From Candidatus Omnitrophota bacterium (GTDB lineage: Bacteria; Omnitrophota; Gorgyraeia; Zapsychrales; JANLHA01): DNA of 32,000 bases. Where the stretch lies: contig OY759724.1 in NCBI GenBank assembly GCA_963662715.1, forward strand, positions 930,001 through 962,000, read 5' to 3'. Positions 24,592 to 32,000 of the stretch are shown here, piece after piece; within the stretch, counting starts at the first letter, position 1; each line of letters starts with the position of its first letter. Made by a program: the position numbers and the translations under genes. Under the pieces are notes generated by a model. It was not told the origin of the DNA. It searched no databases and worked only from the letters and a program-made list of their open reading frames with translations.

Positions 24592-25729
24592 GCTTAATCT
24601 GTTCTCCTAACAACTTTTTAAGTTCATAGACATACTGTCTTGCTATCTGCGACCAAGTTAGATGATCCAAAACATATTTCCTGGCGGTTACTCCTTTCTT
24701 CAATATTGCAAAATCTTCTCTTAATATAGCGAGAACTACTTGTGCGATAGAGTCAACACTTAACGAGCATCCCCACCCACCAGTACAGCTCAAAACCATT
24801 TTCTGAACATTTGTTCCCGGGGTCACCAAGCAAGGAATTCCTCGCGCCATTGCTTCTAAAACGGCTCCGGGCATTCCTTCATGTCGAGATGTATGTACAA
24901 AGACATCAAAAAGATCAAACATTTTATCTTTCTCCTCCCCCGAGACAATGCCTTTATATTCAATCACATCAGGATCAGGCAACGCATTAACTAAATCCCA
25001 AAACATTTTTTCATTCTTTCTTCCAAAAAACGGACCAGCAAAAATAAAATGCAATTTATTCTGCGGATGTTCTTTTTGTATTTTATTCACCGCTTTTAAC
25101 AGGAAATCTAATCCTTTATGAGACACATCTATCCTACCCAAAAAGCCGAATGTAATTCTTCCCGCTGATTTCTTAAGAGACCGTTCAGGCAAAGAAGCTG
25201 GGACTCCATTGGGCAAGACTAAAAATCTTTTTCCAGGGAAACGTTCTTCAATAGCTGAAACCTCAGCGTCATTTAAAGCATGAATTGCGAAAGAATTTCT
25301 AATAAAATAATTAAAAAATAATAAATTCCCTAAAAATTTTTTTAATGGTTTTCTCCTTTGAGAATGCTGCTGCAATCCTCCGTGCATAGCACAAATATAA
25401 GGGATTCCATATCGTTTTAATTGTATAGAAAAAGCCGCGTGAAACGGATGATAAACACCATGGAAATGAACAACATCCGGACATCCAAAGGATTTTAGCA
25501 TATCGTTAAAATAATTTTTATTTACATACCACGGATTCCAATGTCGTGTTTTGAGCGGAGACAAGATTGAAACTCCATCTATACTAAAATTATTCACATC
25601 GCGAGAACTAGGTAATAAGCCCACCTGAACACCCTCAATCCGGGAAACAGCCTTAATCAAATCAATCACATAAATAGACAAGCCAGATGGTACGCTTGTT
25701 GTAATTGGAGAAATGTGTAAAACTCTCAT
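24584..25729 (-). CDS. Family 4 (GT-B fold) glycosyltransferase
   Basis: The C-terminal E-x7-E region FVHTSRHEGMPGAVLEAMARGIPCLVT is typical of Glycos_transf_1. Confidence 0.9.
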   Translation of the reverse strand: MRVLHISPITTSVPSGLSIYVIDLIKAVSRIEGVQVGLLPSSRDVNNFSIDGVSILSPLKTRHWNPWYVNKNYFNDMLKSFGCPDVVHFHGVYHPFHAAFSIQLKRYGIPYICAMHGGLQQHSQRRKPLKKFLGNLLFFNYFIRNSFAIHALNDAEVSAIEERFPGKRFLVLPNGVPASLPERSLKKSAGRITFGFLGRIDVSHKGLDFLLKAVNKIQKEHPQNKLHFIFAGPFFGRKNEKMFWDLVNALPDPDVIEYKGIVSGEEKDKMFDLFDVFVHTSRHEGMPGAVLEAMARGIPCLVTPGTNVQKMVLSCTGGWGCSLSVDSIAQVVLAILREDFAILKKGVTARKYVLDHLTWSQIARQYVYELKKLLGEQIKHV

Positions 25730-25745
25730 AAATAAATGCCTACAA

Positions 25746-26858
25746 CTAGTTAAAAAGGACTGAAATATATTCGGGATAATTAAAAGCCGCTTGACTAAGA
25801 TAAAAAATTAAAAAACAAACCATATAAAATATAAAAACGATAAAATATCTCCCCGCCGTATTGAAAAGCAATAAAAATGATGCAAAAATTAATGGTTCGC
25901 CCACACTCATAATGTTAGCTCCTCGAACGGCGATAATAGCCAAATCGTTAAAAAGGAAATACCACATGAGCGCTCCTGACAAAAAAATGAACATTACTTC
26001 AAAATATTTTACTCTAGCGTTTAAAGTTTTTCTAAATATCATGGATAAAAGACAGCCACACAATAACTTCAATGAATAAGGTTTCACAACTCCTAAGGCA
26101 TGTCCATATTCTTGATTCCCGTAATAACTTGCTCCTCTTTCTAATAAAGAACCGCCTATATTTGCTTTTAGAAATATATTAAAAAACTTATAAGCAAGAG
26201 GGAAATACGTTCCGATAAAGAATGAGCATATAAGTAAAAATAAAATTTTTTTTGTTGTCAAATTTAATCGATATAACAAATATCCGAATAATGAAAAAAA
26301 AGCAGACGCCTGAAATAATGACGCAAAAAATACCATCATGACAAAACAATTTCTTTTCTTTTCAACCAAAAAAGCTAATCCAAGCAAAATTAAAGCACTG
26401 GCAATTGCCATTCGTATCTGCTCCATTTCTCTACTAGGATAAAGTACCGATGTATAAAACAGAACTGAAAGCATAAAAAACGGCGAGTATTTTTTATAAA
26501 CAAACAGGGTAATCCCCAAGCTAATAAAAGCCATAACCAAAAACATAACAACAGGATCAGCAGAAAAACACTTAATCACAGAATTAAGAACAATAAACAT
26601 ATATTCTTCTCTAAAGTCAACCTGCGTTCCTCCGAATAAAAATTCCGGTAATGGAGGTACTTGAGAAAAAACCCATTCATAAATATCCTGATCAGGCCAT
26701 CCCGTACGCGTCCCCGCAAAGATCGCCAAAATAAATAAAAAAGTAAAAAAAAGGATTCCCCTGGCAGCTTTAACGTTAAAAATAAGATCAAAAAAATACG
26801 ATGCTGTTGCAATCAGCAAAAACAAAAAATAGAATGGAAACATCCCAGATAATATCAT
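25746..26858 (-). CDS. EpsG-family polytopic membrane protein (Wzy-type polysaccharide polymerase candidate)
   Basis: 370 aa with about 10-11 TM helices. The early loop FAGTRTGWPDQDIYEWVF resembles the EpsG motif (R...G.D...Y). Located between the flippase and GT genes. Confidence 0.7.
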   Translation of the reverse strand: MILSGMFPFYFLFLLIATASYFFDLIFNVKAARGILFFTFLFILAIFAGTRTGWPDQDIYEWVFSQVPPLPEFLFGGTQVDFREEYMFIVLNSVIKCFSADPVVMFLVMAFISLGITLFVYKKYSPFFMLSVLFYTSVLYPSREMEQIRMAIASALILLGLAFLVEKKRNCFVMMVFFASLFQASAFFSLFGYLLYRLNLTTKKILFLLICSFFIGTYFPLAYKFFNIFLKANIGGSLLERGASYYGNQEYGHALGVVKPYSLKLLCGCLLSMIFRKTLNARVKYFEVMFIFLSGALMWYFLFNDLAIIAVRGANIMSVGEPLIFASFLLLFNTAGRYFIVFIFYMVCFLIFYLSQAAFNYPEYISVLFN

Positions 26859-26928
26859 TACATTGATTCCTAAAATTAAGATAGGATTCTCTCAAGAAGA
26901 AATACTACCCATCCCAAAACTATTCAAG

Positions 26929-28236
26929 TTAAAATACCTGCTTCTGAGCGCAAGGCACACAGGCTAATTTATATGTCCAAACCAAACAAAAAGCGTAAAC
27001 TAACGCTCCCAATATTCCAAGGGATAAAACAGCGAAATAATAATTTTTTAAATATACGCCCACAGACATGGCCCCAAAGACGGCAAACAACATCGCCCCT
27101 TGAATCCATAGATTATATTGCTGTTTTTGAACAACAAAAAAAATGTAACTTGTAGCATTCGCAAAAAACCTTAGTCCATAATAAATAGACAAAAACCTAG
27201 CAAACTGTCCAGCTATCCACCACTCATCCCCAAAAATTAAAACAAATATCGATGGTCCTCCTAAAAGCAATACTAAACAAAAAGGAAGAACTATCAGTAA
27301 AAGCCCTTTCACTATTTTTATATAAATATTCTGACAACTTCCTCTCTGCAAGTATTCCTCACTTACCTTTTGCTTAAAAACATCTGCGACAGACTGAGCA
27401 ACAAAAGTAATAGGGACATTCAATGTCCTCTGCGTTAATCCATAAAAACCCGCAACAGCTGGCCCAAAATAGGAGCTAAACAACATGACAGGGACTTGAT
27501 TAGTCAAAGTATGTATAAATGTGGTAGGGATATCATAGATGGGGAACCTTTTGTATTCAACGGCAAGTTTTCGCAATACCCTAAAGTTAAAATTAGTATT
27601 CATTAATAATTTTTCTTGAAAAGACATTGATACTACAAAATACAATGATACAATAATTTCTCCACAGATCCATCCAATAATCAACCCAGTTGACACATGA
27701 AGCATTCCAAGCATTATTTGCACAGAAATCATAATTATTGCTTGAATTACTCTACGTTTCGCAGAAACAGAAAACTGCTTTTTACGATTAAACCAATATG
27801 ATATTGTTGAAGAGATTCCTGTGCAACAAATTGAAACAGGCATTAAATATAACCAAAATTCAATATTTTTATTTCCAAAAAAACTCGTAACAAAAGAGGA
27901 AAAGCAGCAAAGAATAAACGATACGCATAATGTAAAAATAGTAATAATAAAAAAAGATAATTTTACTAAATTAATAGCATCTGAATCCTCTTTAGGTAGC
28001 ATTATAGCTTGATCGTATCTCCCAGTAACCAAAACCGACAATGTCGTTGACATAGAAGTATACAAAACAAAAAGACCAAAATCCTCGGGAAGATAAAACC
28101 TCGTTAAAAACGGAGAAACAAAAATTGCAATTAATTGCGCTACCGCTGTACCTGTCATAAGGGTTAAAACATTCGCCCGAAAAGAACCATGCGGAGCTAT
28201 TTTCAATCTAAATTTTCTAATTTTTTTTATTAACAT
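26929..28236 (-). CDS. wzx: Oligosaccharide/polysaccharide flippase (MOP superfamily, Wzx-like)
   Basis: 435 aa with about 12 TM helices. The N-terminal region S.R.NVL.L..GT..AQ.I....SP.LTR.Y.PE.FG is typical of polysaccharide biosynthesis protein PF01943. Confidence 0.85.
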   Translation of the reverse strand: MLIKKIRKFRLKIAPHGSFRANVLTLMTGTAVAQLIAIFVSPFLTRFYLPEDFGLFVLYTSMSTTLSVLVTGRYDQAIMLPKEDSDAINLVKLSFFIITIFTLCVSFILCCFSSFVTSFFGNKNIEFWLYLMPVSICCTGISSTISYWFNRKKQFSVSAKRRVIQAIIMISVQIMLGMLHVSTGLIIGWICGEIIVSLYFVVSMSFQEKLLMNTNFNFRVLRKLAVEYKRFPIYDIPTTFIHTLTNQVPVMLFSSYFGPAVAGFYGLTQRTLNVPITFVAQSVADVFKQKVSEEYLQRGSCQNIYIKIVKGLLLIVLPFCLVLLLGGPSIFVLIFGDEWWIAGQFARFLSIYYGLRFFANATSYIFFVVQKQQYNLWIQGAMLFAVFGAMSVGVYLKNYYFAVLSLGILGALVYAFCLVWTYKLACVPCAQKQVF

Positions 28237-28280
28237 CCTGAATTAAATCCATTTGATCTAGAATCTACTAACCAATGTAG

Positions 28281-29249
28281 TTAAGCAACTACTTTACATG
28301 CCCATTTTTTATTCTCCAGATACCATTCCGAACTTCTCTTGATCCCTTCCTCAAGGCTCACTTTCGGCTGCCATCGTAAAAGTTTTTTCGCTTTGGAAAT
28401 ATCGGCCCAGGTGGCTTTCAGGTCGGTTTTGTGAAAAGGTTTTTGCCGGCGGGAGGACAACTTGCCGACATATTTCTCAACCAGGGCGATCATCTCATTA
28501 AGCTCGTAAGGCTGATTGCCCCCAAGGTTGATGATCTCAAAGCCCACTTTTTTCAGGGCTTTAATCGTCCCTTCCGCGATGTCATCCACGTAAGTGAAAT
28601 CCCGGCTCTGGGTGCCGTCCCCGAAAATTTCTATGGGCTGGCCTTCATCGATCCATTTGATAAACCGGAAGACACTCATGTCCGGCCGGCCCGCCGGGCC
28701 GTAAACAGTAAAATAGCGCACAACAGTCACATCTATCCCGTATAAATAATGATAAGTATAGGCCATGACCTCCGCAGCTTTCTTGCTTGCGGCATAGGGC
28801 GAAATAGGTGTGTTCACAGGAAGGGATTCCTGAAAAGGCATTGTCTGCCCGGCGTATAAAGAAGAAGTCGAGGCCAAAACGAATTTTTTTATACCGTGAT
28901 CCCGGCAGGCGTCAAGGAGGTTCAGGGTGCCGTCGGCGTTTGTGGTCATGTACACAAAAGGATTTTCCATGCTGTAGCGGACTCCGGCCCGGGCGGCGAG
29001 GTTGATAACAGCATCAAATTTATATTTCCGGAAAATCCGCCGTAAGGCCGACCTGTCTTCAATATCACATTTGTGAAAGCTGAAGTTTTCATGTTTCCTG
29101 ATCCGCTTCAGCCGGTATTCTTTCATCCGGACGTCATAATAATCGTTCATATTATCAATCCCGATGACCCGCGCACCCTTCTCAAGCAGTTTCTCCCCGG
29201 TGCGTGAACCGATAAACCCGGCCGCTCCTGTCAGCAATAGTGTTTTCAT
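28281..29249 (-). CDS. NAD-dependent nucleotide-sugar epimerase (CapI/UDP-glucuronate 4-epimerase-like SDR)
   Basis: TGAAGFIGS Rossmann motif, NDYYDVRMKEYRL (typical of UDP-GlcA 4-epimerases) and the catalytic YAASK. Confidence 0.88.
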   Translation of the reverse strand: MKTLLLTGAAGFIGSRTGEKLLEKGARVIGIDNMNDYYDVRMKEYRLKRIRKHENFSFHKCDIEDRSALRRIFRKYKFDAVINLAARAGVRYSMENPFVYMTTNADGTLNLLDACRDHGIKKFVLASTSSLYAGQTMPFQESLPVNTPISPYAASKKAAEVMAYTYHYLYGIDVTVVRYFTVYGPAGRPDMSVFRFIKWIDEGQPIEIFGDGTQSRDFTYVDDIAEGTIKALKKVGFEIINLGGNQPYELNEMIALVEKYVGKLSSRRQKPFHKTDLKATWADISKAKKLLRWQPKVSLEEGIKRSSEWYLENKKWACKVVA

Positions 29250-29396
29250 CTTATCCCTCTTGTATAAAAATATTTAATATCAAATTTGTCCCTTTTAAAT
29301 ATAAAAATACGCCAGGACACGTTGGACGCATGCAGCTACGGCGCTATATATCACTGGCGTCTAATTATTAGGGAAGACAGACTAAAATAATTTGTT

Positions 29397-31118
29397 TTAT
29401 TTCTTTTTTGTCTTCCGGACTCCCTGGGTTCTTCCCTTCCCTTTGGAGGCTATTTTCCGCCGGGTATTAGGTTCATAAAGAGAATACCCGTAATAATGAT
29501 GCCCGTTACCGTAAAAATTCACCCTGTTCAGGACTACAGCCAGAACACGCGCATTAACCGTCTTTAATGCCTTGATACTGCTTAACACAGCCTGGCGGTG
29601 AGCAAAAGCGGAACGGACAACGAGGACAGTGGCATCCGCTTTCGCAGAAAGGATGGCCGCGTCCGTAGCCGCCAGAAGCGGCGGGGAATCAAAAACCACC
29701 CGCTGGTAGTCGCCGCAGGCCCGGATGATGAAGTCCCGCATTCTCTGGGAATCCAGCAGTTCCGCCGGGTTAGGCGGCATTTCACCGCAGGCCAGCACGT
29801 CCAGGTTGGGGATATCCGTCTTATGGATAAAAGAATGGATGTCTTCCTGCCCCTGCACCAGGATATCTGTCAGTCCGTTCGTGCGCTCAATATTGAAGAT
29901 CGTATGCAGGCGCGGGCTGCGCATATCGGTGTCCACCAGCAGCGTCCGCTCCCCGGACTGCGCAAAGACCGTGGCCAGGTTGACGGCGGTCGTGGTCTTG
30001 CCCTCCAAGGCGGATGAACTGGTCACCATAATCGTCCGTTTGGGAAAATCCGGATTGCTGTACATGATGCCTGTCCGCAGATGCCGGAACGACTCGGTCA
30101 CCAGGGATTGGGGGCTCTTGTCCGAAGCCAGCTCAGGGATCAGGCCGGCAGATACTTTTTTGTTTTTAAATTGCGGGATGGCCACAATAGACGACATGTT
30201 GATCGTTTTTTCAAGGTCAGGCGCGGTCTTGATGGTCTGATCCAGCGACTCCAGGATGACAACCATAATCCCTCCGCCGAACAGGCCTAAAATAACGGCC
30301 AGCGCCAGGTTCAGCATTTTCCTTGGCCGTACCGGTTTTTGCGGCACCGGGGCCAGGTCAATAATCTTGACATTCGTAATATTGCCGCTCCAGGAAGACA
30401 GTCCTTCTCCGCCGGATTCGACCTGTTTCAGGCGGGCCCGTTCGCTTTCGATCTTTTCGTCAATAGCGGCAATTTCATTCTGCAGCCCCAGGATCACCGG
30501 ATGTTTCTCTTTCAGATATTTTTCCCGCTGATAGAGATCAGTCTCCAATTCACTGCGCCGCTGGATCAGCTGATCGACGGAGGAAAACAGCACATACGCC
30601 TGCGCCCAGGTATTGGCAATGCGGGCCGCCAGATCAGGGGCGGTGTCCTCGACATTCACGTCAATAATCTGCGTGTTGCGGACCGGGGAAATCTTGACGT
30701 TCTCCAGTAATGCGTCTATGCGCTGGGATCTCGTCATGGCTTCCAGCTCTTCCTCGGGCTTTCCCCTCCGGGCCGGGGGCTCATACGCCCCAAGTTCCTT
30801 AAAAACCATGTCGGCTAAAGACCGGCTTTTGAGGATTTCCACCTGCGAATTAAAAAAGTTGTTGGCATCGGTGTACTCCGGCAAAACAACGTCTTCCACT
30901 TTCACGATTTTCGGGGGACGGCGGTCGACCAAAATCCGGCTCCTGGCCTGGTACACAGGCTGGACCGCGGAAGAATAAAACTGTGCCCCGGCCACAGCCA
31001 GGCAAAGCATCCCGACAAACAGATACCGGTGTTTAAAAAGTGTGCGAAAAATATCCCGCAGATCGATCTCAACAAAATCATCTTCCCGGCTGGGCATATG
31101 CATATTCATTTCCGACAT
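29397..31118 (-). CDS. wzc: Polysaccharide co-polymerase / tyrosine autokinase (Wzc/GumC-type BY-kinase)
   Basis: Wzz-type N-terminal TM plus a periplasmic coiled region and a second TM. Walker A SSALEGKTTT, Walker A' LLVDTDMR, Walker B VVFDSPP. C-terminal Tyr cluster NFYGNGHHYYGYSLY. Confidence 0.92.
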   Translation of the reverse strand: MSEMNMHMPSREDDFVEIDLRDIFRTLFKHRYLFVGMLCLAVAGAQFYSSAVQPVYQARSRILVDRRPPKIVKVEDVVLPEYTDANNFFNSQVEILKSRSLADMVFKELGAYEPPARRGKPEEELEAMTRSQRIDALLENVKISPVRNTQIIDVNVEDTAPDLAARIANTWAQAYVLFSSVDQLIQRRSELETDLYQREKYLKEKHPVILGLQNEIAAIDEKIESERARLKQVESGGEGLSSWSGNITNVKIIDLAPVPQKPVRPRKMLNLALAVILGLFGGGIMVVILESLDQTIKTAPDLEKTINMSSIVAIPQFKNKKVSAGLIPELASDKSPQSLVTESFRHLRTGIMYSNPDFPKRTIMVTSSSALEGKTTTAVNLATVFAQSGERTLLVDTDMRSPRLHTIFNIERTNGLTDILVQGQEDIHSFIHKTDIPNLDVLACGEMPPNPAELLDSQRMRDFIIRACGDYQRVVFDSPPLLAATDAAILSAKADATVLVVRSAFAHRQAVLSSIKALKTVNARVLAVVLNRVNFYGNGHHYYGYSLYEPNTRRKIASKGKGRTQGVRKTKKK

Positions 31119-31129
31119 GATAAAACTCC

Positions 31130-31813
31130 TTAAAAAAGACTTTCGGGGACAATCACCAAATCTCCGGCGCGCAACACCAGATTGTCCTGTCCGAATCCGT
31201 CTTTGTTGATAATATCGTTCACCCGAACCAAAATCTCTTCCCGTCTGCCGTCAGAATGAGTGCGGATCACCTTGACCTTGTTGGGAGAGGCGATCTTGGT
31301 AAACCCTTCTGACAGCGCCACAAGCTCCAAAACCGTGAGCTGCCCTTTAAGCGGATAAGCCCCGGGCCGCTTGACTTCCCCCAAGATGGAAACCGTGCTG
31401 TATTCCTCGATAAAAACCGTCACCTGCGGGTTCACTAAATAGTCCCTGGACAACAGGAGGGTCAGTTTGTTCTGCAGGTTGGACACCGTCAGCCCCAGCA
31501 CATGCACGTCACCGAGCAGAGGAAAGGAGATCGTCCCCCGGGAGGAAACCCGGACTTTCTGGGATAACTGCTCCCCTTTGCCGTAATAAACATCGATCTG
31601 CAAAACATTCTCCGTGCCGATCTGATATTCAAAAACATCCCCGGGCCCCCGCTCAACGGCGGAAGCTGTCTCCGGAGGGCAGACGCCGCCGGCCGGTTGC
31701 GCGACAGTGTCTTGCGGAGGATTTCCCGATGCGGTCTGCACCCGCGTGCCTCCGCATCCGGTAAATGTCAGAAGAAACAAAATAACTGGCATCAAATAAA
31801 ATAATCTTTTCAT
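31130..31813 (-). CDS. wza: Polysaccharide export outer-membrane lipoprotein (Wza-like; Poly_export + SLBB)
   Basis: Lipoprotein signal with lipobox LTFTG-C. Also YQIG..NVLQIDV, PLLGDVHV.GLT and SILGEVKRPGAYPL ... TVLELVALSEG. Confidence 0.9.
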   Translation of the reverse strand: MKRLFYLMPVILFLLTFTGCGGTRVQTASGNPPQDTVAQPAGGVCPPETASAVERGPGDVFEYQIGTENVLQIDVYYGKGEQLSQKVRVSSRGTISFPLLGDVHVLGLTVSNLQNKLTLLLSRDYLVNPQVTVFIEEYSTVSILGEVKRPGAYPLKGQLTVLELVALSEGFTKIASPNKVKVIRTHSDGRREEILVRVNDIINKDGFGQDNLVLRAGDLVIVPESLF

Positions 31814-31833
31814 GTCTTTCTCTGTCCTTTACA

Positions 31834-32000
31834 TTAAATTAAAAAATCAAACCGCAGGGAAATAATGTTGTCCTGATATTTTTCGCTGTCAATATTCGAC
31901 ACATTCTCTTTGTACTGATACCCCAGACTCACCCGCCCCCGGTTTAAAACAGTATAGCGCAGCATAATCCCTTCCGTGAAAACGGAATCCCGCCGCTCCG
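31834..32000 (-). CDS. C-terminal 55 codons of a probable outer-membrane beta-barrel protein (3' partial)
   Basis: Hand translation gives ERRDSVFTEGIMLRYTVLNRGRVSLGYQYKENVSNIDSEKYQDNIISLRFDFLI, then TAA at 31834-31836. The alternating hydrophobic pattern and aromatic-rich terminal strand are typical of EPS-locus beta-barrels. Too short for the ORF track. Confidence 0.4.
   Translation of the reverse strand, partial: ERRDSVFTEGIMLRYTVLNRGRVSLGYQYKENVSNIDSEKYQDNIISLRFDFLI

Noticed and set aside
28221-28228. A8 tract in codons 3-6 of wzx, and similar A/T7-8 runs in the EpsG-type and Wzx genes (e.g. near 26290, 26750, 27135).
   Set aside because: These genes are only about 20-35 percent GC and rich in Lys, Phe and Ile, so A/T runs of this length are expected by composition. 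They are not good evidence for phase variation.
29309-29360. 7-bp inverted repeat ACGCCAG ... CTGGCGT between wzc and the epimerase gene, followed on the minus strand by ATTTTTA.
   Set aside because: The 38-nt loop and short stem make a poor intrinsic terminator, and I could not find a convincing nested structure by eye. It might still be a regulatory RNA element, but the evidence is insufficient.
1-32000. Looked for CRISPR arrays, IS elements, integrases, phage genes and tandem repeats.
   Set aside because: I saw no regularly spaced direct repeats, transposase or integrase-like ORFs, or phage structural genes. The only structured repeat is the bipartite inverted repeat reported above.

Overview
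This 32-kb window looks like it comes from an uncultured diderm (Gram-negative-type) bacterium; I cannot assign the lineage by eye. Every convincing gene (about 33) is on the minus strand. All long plus-strand ORFs in the track look like antisense shadows.

Layout, left to right:
- (1) Positions 1-11950 hold housekeeping and envelope genes. These are the 5' end of the membrane pyrophosphatase hppA, a 26-aa bL37-like micro-ORF absent from the ORF track, a HAD phosphatase, DUF502, a CaCA exchanger, an LpxL-family acyltransferase, an adenosine-specific-kinase family protein, a membrane-anchored receiver protein, lnt, secA, and prfB with a textbook +1 frameshift site.
- (2) Positions 12078-15459 hold two overlapping GT-C membrane glycosyltransferase genes. 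The larger one carries STT3/AglB/PglB-like motifs.
- (3) Positions 15497-16441 hold a 0.94-kb cassette of two overlapping small genes of unknown function (a DUF5674-like protein plus a 108-aa partner). It is bracketed by a bipartite perfect inverted repeat. I consider this the most unusual structure in the window.
- (4) Positions 16510-32000 hold a Wzx/Wzy-type polysaccharide locus. It encodes an OM beta-barrel fragment, Wza, Wzc, a CapI-like epimerase, Wzx, an EpsG-type polymerase, GT4, two diverged FemAB/CelD-like GNAT paralogs, GT2, a PglC-like transferase, a DegT/PglE-like aminotransferase, YdcF and a CapD/PglF-like dehydratase. Its central 7 kb is much lower in GC than the flanks.

I found no tRNA, rRNA, CRISPR array, transposase or integrase.
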